A stretch of 62,329 nucleotides of DNA, counting the filler. It is 9 parts of 9 records of this genome, joined end to end, with 100 filler letters (N's around TTAATTAATTAA, not from the genome) between each part and the next. Parts side by side here need not be neighbours in the genome. Positions count along the whole stretch, not along the records: positions 9,045 to 14,875 come from SRR31147125_35633; positions 14,976 to 21,447 come from SRR31147125_35643; 7 more parts are not named here. The stretch is one strand, 5' to 3'. Shown in pieces: positions 10,124 through 20,632 of the stretch. A program made the position numbers and the translations under genes. The first letter of the stretch is position 1. Every line of letters begins with the position of its first letter. Under the pieces are notes generated by a model. The model was not told the DNA's origin, made no database searches, and saw only the letters and a program-made list of their open reading frames with translations.

Positions 10124-11562
10124 CAAACGAAACCACTCAAATAAAATTTTTGCTTGGTTGGCAAATGGTTCAGGTGGAGGTAGCCGGCAACAACAATTAT
10201 TCGTGCAACACAACTTTGCTGAAATACCTGAGAAGTTTGCCCGGTTACAGGGGTACCAAAGAAGGTTGTGGAGAAGGCGATTGCGGAGCTTGTACTGTTT
10301 TGCTGGGAGAGTTAACAGCAGATGGAGGTATACATTATAAAGCCGTAAATGCCTGCCTGGTTTTGCTGCCCATGGTGCATGCCAAACAGGTAATTACCAT
10401 CGAACATATTTCGAATAAAAATACGCTGCACCCGCTTCAAAAAAGTTTTGTTGAACACCATGCCAGCCAATGTGGTTTTTGCACACCGGGTTTTATAATG
10501 TCGGCAATGGCCCTGTATAAATCGGCTAAAACTGCTGATGAAAAAACAATTCAAGACCATCTTTCAGGAAATCTTTGCCGCTGCACAGGCTACTCCCCCA
10601 TTGTTGAGGCTGTTCAGAAAGTTTGCCAGCAACCTGAGCCCGACCTAATTTCAGAACGGGAAACGGAGGTCATAAAAAAACTTTCTGAAATAAAACAGGA
10701 AACTTTGATGGTAAACGGAAAAAACAGCCGCTATTTTCAGCCTCACACTTTGGCCGATTTACTTGTTGTCAAAACGGAAAACACTGATGCTGTTATTCTG
10801 AACGGAGCCACCGACCAGGCTTTAAAAATTACGAAACAGTTTAAAAAGCTGGAGGCTGTAATCGATGTCTCAAAAGTAAATGAATTACAAATTTTCGAGG
10901 AATATGCGAATGGAATAAAAGTTGGTTCAGGACTTTGCCTTAACGATTTAAGAGACCAGTTACCATTTTCGTTGCTGGCAATAAAAAATATGCTCAATCT
11001 CTTTGGCTCGTATCAAATTCGTAACCTGGCAACCATAGGAGGCAACATTGCTTCAGCCTCACCAATTGCCGATTTATTGCCTATTTTTTTTATTCTGAAA
11101 GCAAAGGTTGAACTCACTTCTGTAAGAGGGAAACGCGAAATTGAAATTGACAAATTTATAACCGGATACCGGCAAACGGTTCTGAAAGCTGATGAAATAA
11201 TTCACAGCATATTTATTCCCTATCCTGCAAAAGACCAGATTATAAAGACATACAAAGTTTCGAAAAGAAAAGACCTCGATATTTCATCGGTAAGTGCTGC
11301 TTTCCTCATCAAACAAAACAACAACGAAATTCTTGCCTTTGATGCCGTTTTCGGAGGGATGGCCTCATCAGTTGTTCGGGCTTCGGAAACTTGTGCCCTT
11401 TTAACAGGAAAACAACTGAATGCTGAAACAATAAAAAGTGCTGCCGACAGCTTGTACAACGAATTTAAGCCCATCGACGATGCGCGGGCTACAGCAACAG
11501 GAAGAAGACAAATAGCATCAAACCTGCTCATCAAATTTTTTCAGGAAATTGGGAAATTATGA
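10120..11562 (+). CDS. xdhA: Xanthine dehydrogenase small subunit (2x[2Fe-2S] + FAD)
   Basis: GTKEGCGEGDCGACTV, QCGFCTPG, GNLCRCTGY, QIRNLATIGGNI, YKVSKRKDLDIS. Confidence 0.92.
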   Translation: MTNETTQIKFLLGWQMVQVEVAGNNNYSCNTTLLKYLRSLPGYRGTKEGCGEGDCGACTVLLGELTADGGIHYKAVNACLVLLPMVHAKQVITIEHISNKNTLHPLQKSFVEHHASQCGFCTPGFIMSAMALYKSAKTADEKTIQDHLSGNLCRCTGYSPIVEAVQKVCQQPEPDLISERETEVIKKLSEIKQETLMVNGKNSRYFQPHTLADLLVVKTENTDAVILNGATDQALKITKQFKKLEAVIDVSKVNELQIFEEYANGIKVGSGLCLNDLRDQLPFSLLAIKNMLNLFGSYQIRNLATIGGNIASASPIADLLPIFFILKAKVELTSVRGKREIEIDKFITGYRQTVLKADEIIHSIFIPYPAKDQIIKTYKVSKRKDLDISSVSAAFLIKQNNNEILAFDAVFGGMASSVVRASETCALLTGKQLNAETIKSAADSLYNEFKPIDDARATATGRRQIASNLLIKFFQEIGKL

Positions 11563-13867
11563 ATAAGGCCAAAGACATAAAACACGAAAGCGGCGAACTG
11601 CACGCTAGCGGAAAGGCAACCTTTGTAGACGACATGCCAACTCCCGAAAATATGCTTTACGGTTTGGTGGTATGCAGCCCGGTGGCTTCGGGCAGCCTGA
11701 CTTCGTTCAAGCTCGAAAAAGCTAAAAAAACAGAGGGTGTGAAGGCAGTTTTGTCCTTCCGCGATATTGCCGGGAGAAACCAGATGGGGCCTATTATTCA
11801 AGACGAACCAATTCTTGTTGAAGAGGAAATAAATTTCGTGGGTCAGGCAATGTTTCTTATCGCTGCCCAAAGCCCTGAAATAGCCAGAAAAGCTGCCGGC
11901 CTGATTTCGTACTCCATTCAGGAAACAGAACCGGTAATTTCGTTGGAAGAAGCCATGAAACAAAACCAACTTCTGCGTGAACCAAAAAAATTGAGCGAGG
12001 TGATTGTGAAAAAATATTCAACACTGCAACTCACATTCTTACAGGTGCTTTGAAAACCGGGGCGCAAGAACATTGGTATCTCGAAACGCAGATAAGTTTG
12101 GCTATTCCCGGCGATGGCGATGAAATAAAAATTTTCAGTTCTACGCAGCACCCTTCCGAGGTTCAAGAAATAGTGGCACAAGCCCTGAACTGGAAAAAAA
12201 TGCAGGTGGAAGTGGAGGCTCGCCGATTGGGCGGTGCTTTTGGCGGAAAAGAAACACAGGCTAACCATGTGGCTGTTTGGAGCTCGTTACTTGCCTGGCA
12301 TACAAAAAGGCCGGTAAAAATAAACCTGCACCGCGACGACGACCAAAAAATGACTGGGAAACGGCATCCTATGATTGCCAATTACAAGGTTGCTTTCGAC
12401 GAAAAAGGATTGATTCAGGCAGTGGATTTCGACCTGAATTTAAACGCCGGAGCATTCGTCGATTTGTCGTTCGCCATTTTAGAACGCGCCATGTTTCATG
12501 TAGATAATGCCTATTATCTGCCCGCAGTTCGTATTATTGGCAAGGCTTATAAAACCAATCTCCCGCCCAATACTGCCTTTCGCGGTTTTGGCGGCCCACA
12601 GGGAATGGCGGTGATTGAAACCATTATCGACCGCATTGCCCGCTTGCTGAAAAAAGATGCTGCCGAAATTCGACACATAAATTTCTACAAACCTTCTGAA
12701 AAAAATATTACTCCTTACGGCCAAATCATTGAAAATAATCGTTTGCCAATTCTTTGGGAACAGTTAACCGAGTCGTCGGTTTATTTCGAGCGGCGCAAAG
12801 CAATCGATACTTTTAACGCAGCCAATAAATATCGAAAGCGGGGAATGGCTTTAACGCCTATAAAATTTGGAATTTCGTTTACGGCATCGTTCCTGAATCA
12901 GGCAGGGGCACTGGTAAATATTTACAAAGATGGTTCGGTGCTGGTGAACCACGGAGGCATTGAAATGGGACAAGGGCTGCACACAAAAATTGCCCAGGTT
13001 GCTTCTGCCGAGCTAGGCGTTAACATCAGCCGGATTAAGGTAAATGCAACCAACACTTCGAAAGTGCCCAATACCTCTGCCACTGCGGCATCGTCGGGTA
13101 GCGACCTAAACGGAATGGCGGTAAAAGATGCTGCCGAAAAACTAAAAAAACGGATTGCAAAAGTTGTGCTTGCTGCTTTCAATCATCAAGCTGAAGAAAA
13201 TGTACTTGAGCAGGTAAGCTTTAAAGATGACCATATTTTCTGCACAAAACATCCTGAAAAAAATATGCCGTTTGAGGAGGCAGTAATGAAAACTTACATG
13301 AAACAAGTAAGTCTGAGCGCCACCGGTTTTTACCGCACACCCGATATTTATTTCAACCGTAAATTGGGCAGGGGAAAACCTTTTCATTATTATGCCTTTG
13401 GCATGGCCGTCAGTGAAGTGGAGATTGATATTTTAACCGGACAGCTCACAAATATCAGAACCGATATTTTGCACGATGCGGGTAAATCTCTTAATCAAAC
13501 TCTCGACATTGGCCAGGTGCGGGGTGGTTTTATACAGGGGCTTGGCTGGGTTACCACCGAAGAATGTAAATGGGATAAAAAAGGCAACTTGCTAAACCAC
13601 TCTCCCGATACGTACAAAATTCCGGGAGTCAGGGATATTCCTGCTGATTTCAGAATTGCCTTGCTGCAAAATTGTCCAAATCCGAATACAATCAGGCAAA
13701 GTAAGGCTGTTGGCGAGCCGCCTTTTATGCTGGCACTTTCGGTTTGGCTGGCCATTAAAGATGCTATTTCAGCAACACAAAATCATACGGTTGAACCTGA
13801 TTTTGAAATACCGGCTACACACGAAAAAATTGTGCTTTGGATAGAGGGGATGAAGAGTGAAAATTAA
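11559..13867 (+). CDS. xdhB: Xanthine dehydrogenase molybdopterin subunit; frameshift at A-run near 11985
   Basis: QEHWYLE, STQHPSE, GGAFGGKE, AFRGFGGPQG, TAASSGSDLNG, KAVGEPP (catalytic Glu). Confidence 0.92.
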
Positions 13868-13873
13868 TATATT

Positions 13874-13904
13874 TTCACCCGAAGGCATGGAGCCAACGGG
13901 TGAA
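13874..13904. terminator. Hairpin between convergent xdhB and nitroreductase
   Basis: TTCACCCG..GGC-ATGGA-GCC..CGGGTGAA. Confidence 0.5.
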
Positions 13905-13924
13905 TTATTGAATATTCTTTAAAA

Positions 13925-14755
13925 TTACGATAAACAAATACGCTTAATATTTGGACTATCGTTTTGAATGGAACGTGCAAATTTTACCGCCGGTAAGCCA
14001 AATATCAGAACCGAAGCGATTTCGTGATCTTCAGGAATTCCGAGTGCGGCTTTTAATTCGGGAGCCACATCTTCAAATACATATTTGGCAAAGCCATCCC
14101 ACAAAGTCCCAACTCCGTTACTGTTTGCCAGTAAATCAAAATAAGTCATTGCAATGGTATTGTCAAGCAAAGGTTCGGTGCCGGTTTTAGGCGACGAGGT
14201 AAATAAAATATGCGGCGCATCGCGGAAAATTATATCAATATGCTTGGCATCCCACACCTCACGAAAGTTGTTGAGGTACATATACTTTTCAGGCAACTTG
14301 CCCTCTTTGAAATATTGTTTAAGGCGATTGTAAGCCAGTTCGCGAAGTTTTGCCATATCCTTTCGGTTATCAACCACAGTAAACTGCACAGCATTCTCGT
14401 TTTTGCCGGTTGGTGCGTACGATGCCATCGAAACCAGACGATGAATCAAATCTTTATCCACCTCTTCTTTTTTGAATTTACGGGTTGAGCGTCGGATTTG
14501 CATTAGATTTTCCAGCTCTTCCGATTTTGGAGTTGGAGACGAAACAGGAATACTATTCTCCGGCTCTTTCCCCCAAATTGAAATGGCTCCCTCGGGACAA
14601 ACTGCCATACAATGCTGACATTTTAAACAATTCGCTTCTTTTCCCTCTTTTATTTCAGGATACTCGGTTTTACCATTAATAATCAGTACAGGACAATCGG
14701 CAACACACTTCTTACATTTTGTGCATTTCTCTTTATCTACTTTAAAATTTATCAT
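13925..14755 (-). CDS. Nitroreductase with N-terminal 4Fe-4S dicluster domain
   Basis: CTKCKKCVADCP and CLKCQHCMAVCP; RRSTRKF, APTGKN. Confidence 0.9.
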   Translation of the reverse strand: MINFKVDKEKCTKCKKCVADCPVLIINGKTEYPEIKEGKEANCLKCQHCMAVCPEGAISIWGKEPENSIPVSSPTPKSEELENLMQIRRSTRKFKKEEVDKDLIHRLVSMASYAPTGKNENAVQFTVVDNRKDMAKLRELAYNRLKQYFKEGKLPEKYMYLNNFREVWDAKHIDIIFRDAPHILFTSSPKTGTEPLLDNTIAMTYFDLLANSNGVGTLWDGFAKYVFEDVAPELKAALGIPEDHEIASVLIFGLPAVKFARSIQNDSPNIKRICLS

Positions 14756-14805
14756 TATTTTCTTAATTTTTAAAATTCGTTGTACATGTTCGCAATTAAG
14801 CTTAA

Positions 14806-14875
14806 AACGTCATTCCGAACTTGTTTCAGAATCTTTCATTTTATTGAGATGCTGAAATAAATTCAGCATGACGTT
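14806..14875. repeat. REP-like palindromic doublet
   Basis: AACGTCATTCCGAACTTGTTTCAGAATCT ... AGATGCTGAAATAAATTCAGCATGACGTT: two hairpins in inverted orientation at a contig end. Confidence 0.7.
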
Positions 14876-15049
14876 NNNNNNNNNNNNNNNNNNNNNNNNN
14901 NNNNNNNNNNNNNNNNNNNTTAATTAATTAANNNNNNNNNNNNNNNNNNNNNNNNNNNNNNNNNNNNNNNNNNNNGTAATGACACAGTCATTACACTCCA
15001 AAGGATTACCTGCGCGTCCCGGGAATCTTTCCCAGGACATGGATAATTT

Positions 15050-15109
15050 GGGACTTCCGTCCCTATCGGACCTGCTGGCAACATGTTATGGTTCACTACT
15101 CTGCAACTC
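15050..15109 (+). repeat. ~60-bp imperfect direct repeat, copy 1 (copy 2 at 16145-16205)
   Basis: GGGACTTCCGTCCCTATCGGACCTGCTGGCAACAT vs GGGACTTCCATCCCTGCCAGGCCTGCTGACAGCAT. Confidence 0.75.
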
Positions 15110-15356
15110 GATTTTAAACGCGGCACAAGAAATTCTTTTGTTCCGACTGGGGCAGAAACTCTGTTTCATCGAACAATTTGAGATGGATCCCAATACCACG
15201 CAGAAACATTTTTGTGTTCCGGAATAAAACATGCAAAATTTAAAAGGAACAATATCTGATTTAAAAGTGTTTTTTTAATTGAATAGCATCAAAATGTGAA
15301 TTGGTAATATTGCAATCTTTATAAACAAACGACATATTCAACATAAAGGTAATCAA

Positions 15357-15605
15357 ATGCCTAATGGCACATTAAAAAACATTCTGATCGGGGCTGGTGG
15401 ATTGTTTGATTTCTTCCCGGCAAAATCCAAACGCGTTTTTAATTTAAAAAAACAATTGGGTAGTGATGGAATGTTTCATGATTTTCAAATGGTTGGGAAG
15501 GATATGTGGTATGCCATAATAGAGCATCAAAATACAAATTCAAAAAGTTCAAACAGGGGGGGAAATGTCAAAACAAAAAATAAGGACGGTAAAACAATAA
15601 AATAA
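15357..15605 (+). CDS. Small hypothetical protein upstream of the DUF2335 gene
   Basis: AAAGG RBS; GxxxLFDFF and DFxxVGKDM segments; 3' end uncertain. Confidence 0.55.
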   Translation: MPNGTLKNILIGAGGLFDFFPAKSKRVFNLKKQLGSDGMFHDFQMVGKDMWYAIIEHQNTNSKSSNRGGNVKTKNKDGKTIK

Positions 15606-16145
15606 AAGCACAATCAAGCCAACAGACCAGCCAAATTTTCCTCAATTGACAAAAGAGTTAGCCGAAATATTAGCCAGCGAATTCAAAAATTTAACTCCTG
15701 AAAAATTTGCCGAATTTTCACAAGAAAAAAAGAATATCTTACCATACTCTCAATGAGTTCAAGCGGTCCATTACCTCCACCATTTTTATTAGCCCAATAT
15801 GAAAATCTTTTTCCGGGTGCAACAGAGCGAATAATAAAAATAGTGGAAAAAAATCAGGAGCATCGAATTGCTTGTAACAACAAATTGATTGAGGCAGAAA
15901 TTAATAATGAAAAATGCGCCCTGAATTTACAAAAACCGGGCCTTTGGTTAAGTTTTGCAGCCATATTGGTTATTACCACATCGAGCGTATTATTATCTTT
16001 TTTTGGCTCAGATCTGGCCAGTTTCGCTGCTATAATTGGGGGAATTGCTGCTGTTATTACAGCCCTGTTAGCAGGCAAAAAATTCACAGCTAATCACATC
16101 AAAGCTGAAAACACAATATCCAATAAAACAAAAAATCATCAATAG
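15565..16145 (+). CDS. DUF2335-family membrane protein; 5' part disrupted, intact frame 15753-16145
   Basis: SGPLPPP.LLAQYE.LFPGATERII..VEKNQEHR followed by two TM helices; probable ATG at 15565 after a G-rich RBS. Confidence 0.75.
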
Positions 16146-16205
16146 GGACTTCCATCCCTGCCAGGCCTGCTGACAGCATAATATTACTTCATTTCACTGT
16201 AATTC
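16145..16205 (+). repeat. ~60-bp imperfect direct repeat, copy 2
   Basis: Begins at the DUF2335 stop codon; aligns with 15050-15109. Confidence 0.75.
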
Positions 16206-16213
16206 ACCCCCCT

Positions 16214-17317
16214 CTATCGATCCAACTCCTCCCCATGTGTAAACGTCAAAAACGGAGCAGAATGCCTGGCGGTCTGTGGTCTGGATTTTTTCAATAATTT
16301 GCCGGCACTTTGATTCGACCAACGATTATTTAAAATCTCAAAATAGCTGTAATAATTCACTCCTAAAAGATCCTTTGCTTCGCCCTGCCAATATGGAAAA
16401 GATGCGGGATTTAACGTCCATTCCGCGATTCGCTCATATGCAGCTTTCAGCGTGTGACCACTGGGGGACTCGTAATCAAACAGGTCTGTTCCATTAATTC
16501 GAAGAATCTCGGCAGCAATGGTTTGCGGCATCAGGCAAAAATGCGAATACCATATGCCTCGCTGCCCTTCAGAGCGATTCACCTCATGATCCAGATGCCC
16601 GTCGTCTGCTATTTGCAATTCAATAAATTCCTGCCAGCGCTTTACACACGAATCAAACAAGGTTTCATCTTGCAGATAAACCGCACAGGAAACGGACAAA
16701 ACCAATCCCCAATTTCCCCAGTTGTTTTTGCTGGTTATCGTGCTCATAGTCAGGGCCTTTTGACGAAGAAATCCGGAAAATGCCAATTTTTGTTCCTCCT
16801 GCCAGAGCGCATCTTCTCTCAACAAATCGGCGGCAAATATGAGAGCCGGAAAATGATAACTGAACGAAAGTCTGGAATCGTCCTTCTGGCTCATTGTTTT
16901 CACATTTACCACCCAGGTATTGATAATACGAACGGCAGCCAGTGCGTATTCCTGTTTACCCGTGATCTTGTAACACAGAGCCAGTGCATAGGCGGCGTTG
17001 GCATCATCCTGTAATCCCTTTTTGGCGTTTGTATGCCCTTCTGCATCGCGGTAATAGCCGGGAACATACCAGTTTTCCGGTGCGTTTGCCTGACGGGTTA
17101 TATTTTTATCAGCATAATCCCGGAGTTCGTTATATGCGGACCAGGTGGGCTCAGTCCTGTTTTGTATCCTCTCTTTTAATACTTCAATACGAGACGATGA
17201 TATGAAGACACAGGAAAACCGCTCCTGTGATCCGGATAGATTTATTCGACTTTCAGCTGAAATAACGTTTAATGATAAAAAAATCAAAATAAAAAGGAGA
17301 CTTTTCAAGTGATTCAT
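16214..17317 (-). CDS. Secreted alginate lyase-family protein (alpha/alpha toroid)
   Basis: Signal peptide; DANAAYALAL, NNWGNWG, QIADDG.L.HE..R, GIWYSHF. Confidence 0.75.
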   Translation of the reverse strand: MNHLKSLLFILIFLSLNVISAESRINLSGSQERFSCVFISSSRIEVLKERIQNRTEPTWSAYNELRDYADKNITRQANAPENWYVPGYYRDAEGHTNAKKGLQDDANAAYALALCYKITGKQEYALAAVRIINTWVVNVKTMSQKDDSRLSFSYHFPALIFAADLLREDALWQEEQKLAFSGFLRQKALTMSTITSKNNWGNWGLVLSVSCAVYLQDETLFDSCVKRWQEFIELQIADDGHLDHEVNRSEGQRGIWYSHFCLMPQTIAAEILRINGTDLFDYESPSGHTLKAAYERIAEWTLNPASFPYWQGEAKDLLGVNYYSYFEILNNRWSNQSAGKLLKKSRPQTARHSAPFLTFTHGEELDR

Positions 17318-17351
17318 ACTCTACCTTTCCCAAATATCCGGTTTATGACAA

Positions 17352-17786
17352 TCAAATGTAATCCTGAACCTCATATTCCAATGCCTTTAAAGTAAGGACA
17401 ACATCCATTAAAAGAAATACAGCAGAGATAATAATACCTGCAATGCTAAGCAGAAAAAAGAATATCCCCAGATAATGTATGTCGTAATGAAATAAATTCA
17501 TCACCAATAGCACCGGGATAATCATACTGCTACACAGGATACTAAAAGAAATGGATACAATAGAAGAGCGAAGAATTTTGCTTCGCCTGAAAAGAATAGT
17601 CAATTGTATTTTTTTCTTTTCACCGTTTTTGTGATTCTCGATTTCATTCACGATCAGCCGCGATCTGTCAATGGTTCGGGCGAGACGATTGGTTAACGAA
17701 AGCAATATCAATCCAACACCGGATATCAAAACAATCGGTGATATACAGGATTGAAGAAATTTAATAAATGATGTTGTCGTGTCCAT
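17352..17786 (-). CDS. DUF2721-family membrane protein
   Basis: ISPIVLISGVGLILLSLTNRLARTIDRSR; three TM helices. Confidence 0.8.
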   Translation of the reverse strand: MDTTTSFIKFLQSCISPIVLISGVGLILLSLTNRLARTIDRSRLIVNEIENHKNGEKKKIQLTILFRRSKILRSSIVSISFSILCSSMIIPVLLVMNLFHYDIHYLGIFFFLLSIAGIIISAVFLLMDVVLTLKALEYEVQDYI

Positions 17787-17900
17787 TTTATCCTTTCATA
17801 TCAAACATAAATAATCTTGTTAAATACAGTTTACTAAAAATCACTGTACTCGGCAATATAGATTTTTTTACTCAATGATTGGCTATATTTTCTCGCCCCC

Positions 17901-19439
17901 TTATTTAATCAATGTGATTTTTCTCTGTGCCATAAAATCCCCTGCTTTCAAGCGCATTACATAAACCCCGCTTGAAACTGAAACACCGTTTGTATCCCGT
18001 CCGTTCCATTGCAGCAGATGTCTTCCGGCTTGTTTATATCCTTGCCATAAAGTGACAACATGATGACCTCTGAGATCATAAATACGAATATCCACATTCA
18101 ATTCCTCGGGCACATCATAACGGATGGTCGTAGCAGGATTAAATGGATTTGGATAATTCTGATACAGAGTAAATTTTTTCGGCAACGTTACATTCACAGT
18201 TTCCACCACATCTGTCATAGAGATATCTATGGTCCTTGATAAAATATTCTGTGACTGGATCTGGTTATAAACCGTTAATGTTACCTGGTAGCTGCCGGAC
18301 TGTTCGTAATCGTGCACGGGATTCTGCTCCTGACTCGTTTGGCCATCACCAAAATCCCACAAATATTGCCCGCCCTCGGAATCATTCGTAAAAATAACCT
18401 CATTATTATTTGTTGTATACGTAAAATCGACCATTGGCTTTAATTGATTATCCAGAAAATCCGTTGTTTTTGTCAACACTGAATCCCAGTAAGCATTCGG
18501 TGTTGTGGGCCAGTTTCCATTAACAACACCATAAAATTCATGTCCCACCCCTTCCACAAAATATGTCTCATGCGCTATACCCAGATGTGTCAATCTTTCA
18601 TGTATGGGATAGCTGCCGAACGTCTGTGGCAGGGATGGCAGACCAAATGGATGGCCAACACCAAAAGGAACGACGGCATCATCCGTACCATGCACCAATA
18701 AAAGCGCATAGCGTACATCAGCAGGTTCTATGAGAAGGGTATCCTGAACAGCGCCCCAGAGAGAAATAATGGCTTTGGGGTGGGCTCCGCACTGATTTTG
18801 CGGACCAATGGCATCAAAGTCTCCCAAATCCGGTCCATTGTTGGGTGCGGATGGATTATTTGATATTTCATAGGAGCTTGCCGGCCGTTCCTCTTCATTA
18901 TCCATAAACAGATTATGCAAGGCGACAAGAGCCCCGGCACTACTGCCTAACATAAAAACATGTGTGGTATCCACTTTTAACTCGACCGCATTTTCCTTAA
19001 TAAATCGCATAACAGCCCGGCTGTCCTGAATCGCCCGGTAAACCGACCGTTCGGCACTGATCTGACTCCAAAAATTCATGCCCAGGCGATACTGGATTGT
19101 GGCCGTGACATAGCCTCTTTCCGCGAACTCGCGACAAAAAGCCATCATATCGTCATGCTCTTTTGTACCAAGAATAAAACCACCGCCGTGAATACAAACC
19201 AGCATGGGCCGCAGACTCAATGTATCCTCTTGCGGCTGAAAAACATGCATTTTGAGTTCTTCCACATGAGTGCTGTTTTCGCCCGCATAAGGAGTATTCA
19301 GTTCCGGTGCCGTGGCATATACCCAATCGGTATGGGTTTGCACACAGGTAAAAAGGGAATCCACATAGCGAGTTTGAGCCTGAAGCGAGGTAACGCACAT
19401 GAGTAAAAATAACAGTAGGGTGAGCGATTTCGATTTCAC
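17901..19439 (-). CDS. Secreted alpha/beta-hydrolase (esterase) with PKD and C-terminal sorting/FlgD-Ig domain
   Basis: HGGGF, GSSAG nucleophile, HGTDD, GVGH; WDFGDG PKD motif; LYQNYPNPFNP..WNGRD..SSGVY. Confidence 0.88.
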   Translation of the reverse strand: MKSKSLTLLLFLLMCVTSLQAQTRYVDSLFTCVQTHTDWVYATAPELNTPYAGENSTHVEELKMHVFQPQEDTLSLRPMLVCIHGGGFILGTKEHDDMMAFCREFAERGYVTATIQYRLGMNFWSQISAERSVYRAIQDSRAVMRFIKENAVELKVDTTHVFMLGSSAGALVALHNLFMDNEEERPASSYEISNNPSAPNNGPDLGDFDAIGPQNQCGAHPKAIISLWGAVQDTLLIEPADVRYALLLVHGTDDAVVPFGVGHPFGLPSLPQTFGSYPIHERLTHLGIAHETYFVEGVGHEFYGVVNGNWPTTPNAYWDSVLTKTTDFLDNQLKPMVDFTYTTNNNEVIFTNDSEGGQYLWDFGDGQTSQEQNPVHDYEQSGSYQVTLTVYNQIQSQNILSRTIDISMTDVVETVNVTLPKKFTLYQNYPNPFNPATTIRYDVPEELNVDIRIYDLRGHHVVTLWQGYKQAGRHLLQWNGRDTNGVSVSSGVYVMRLKAGDFMAQRKITLIK

Positions 19440-19620
19440 AATTTTTTCCTTTCCTGAAGTAGTCTATCGTATATCTGTCTAAATTATCGTTTTCTTTTTT
19501 GTGTATATATTATCGAATCACAAGAATTGTGTTATTATTTTTTGCAAATATAGTATTTTAATAAGTGTATTTCAATTCATATTTATCAATATATATTTAA
19601 CGTTTTTCGTTATATTTTTA

Positions 19621-19649
19621 TTGACAATCATTAATTTTATTCTTATATT
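19621..19649 (+). promoter_or_regulatory. sigma70-type promoter for the DUF2975-HTH operon
   Basis: TTGACA-17nt-TATATT; GGAGG RBS at 19681. Confidence 0.7.
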
Positions 19650-19691
19650 TATCATATCATTAATAATTAAATAATATTGTGGAGGGGTAAT

Positions 19692-20272
19692 ATGAAAAAT
19701 CACAAAAAGATGGTCCTTGTCAACTTGCTTAAAAATATTATTTCTGTTGCAAGAATTATTACAATAATTTTTATTGTTTTTTGGGGATTGTTTTTAGGGA
19801 TACTTCCTTTTTTACAAAACATTTTTTTGAACTTCATAATGAATTAAGTTATACCTTGAGAACACCAATCATCAAATTAAATTTTTCACCAGATATAATT
19901 CACCAACAAGCTTTACTACTTATTGTTGATTTTTCCCTTATTTTTATCACATCAATTATCGTATTAATTATTCTAAATCAATTAAGAAAAATTTTCAATA
20001 ATCTAGGCAAACAAAAATATTTCCTTGATGAGCATTCGAAACGGATTAAAATAATTGGTTTTACTATATTAACTGGTTATTTAATTAAATCTATTATTAA
20101 TACATACTTTAGCATACTTTTAGCAAAAAATATTACCATAGTTGGTGTCGCTGTATCACCTAAATTAAACATAGCATGGGAAAATATTTTTTGGGGACTG
20201 ATTATTATAATCCTGGCAGAGGTCTTTAAAGAAGGCGCAGAACTTGAAAAAGATGTCGAGTTCACAGTTTAA
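19692..20272 (+). CDS. DUF2975-family membrane protein; frameshift in T-runs near 19780-19830
   Basis: LRKIF.NL....F......IK.IG and ILAEVFKEGAELEKDVEFTV; ATG after GGAGG at 19692. Confidence 0.8.
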
Positions 20273-20284
20273 AGGAGAACTATT

Positions 20285-20515
20285 TTGAGTATTGATATAC
20301 GCCTGGATGTTATTATGGCGGAAAGAAGGATTAAACTGGGAGATCTGGCAAAACGAATAGGCATTGCCGAACCGAATCTCTCCATATTGAAAAACAACAA
20401 AGCAAGAGCCATCCGGTTTTCCACCCTGAATGCCTTGTGCCGGGAACTGGATTGTCAACCCGGAGATTTAATCATCTATAAAAATGATGCGGAATCGAAT
20501 AAAAGACAAGATTAA
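20285..20515 (+). CDS. YozG-like Cro/C1 HTH regulator
   Basis: IGIAEPNLSILKNNKARAIRFSTLNALCRELDCQPGDL; usual partner of DUF2975. Confidence 0.9.
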   Translation: MSIDIRLDVIMAERRIKLGDLAKRIGIAEPNLSILKNNKARAIRFSTLNALCRELDCQPGDLIIYKNDAESNKRQD

Positions 20516-20632
20516 ACAGTATTTATTAATAATAAAAAAATCGTCCAGGGAATCCCTTCCTGGACACAAAATAAATTAGGGCTTGAGCCCAACATGCAAT
20601 ATGAATACCACCTCTTCGTTTTTCATATTTGG

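Noticed and set aside
11985-11993. Programmed ribosomal frameshift in xdhB and similar A-runs
   Set aside because: No stimulatory structure seen; same error pattern occurs in unrelated contigs
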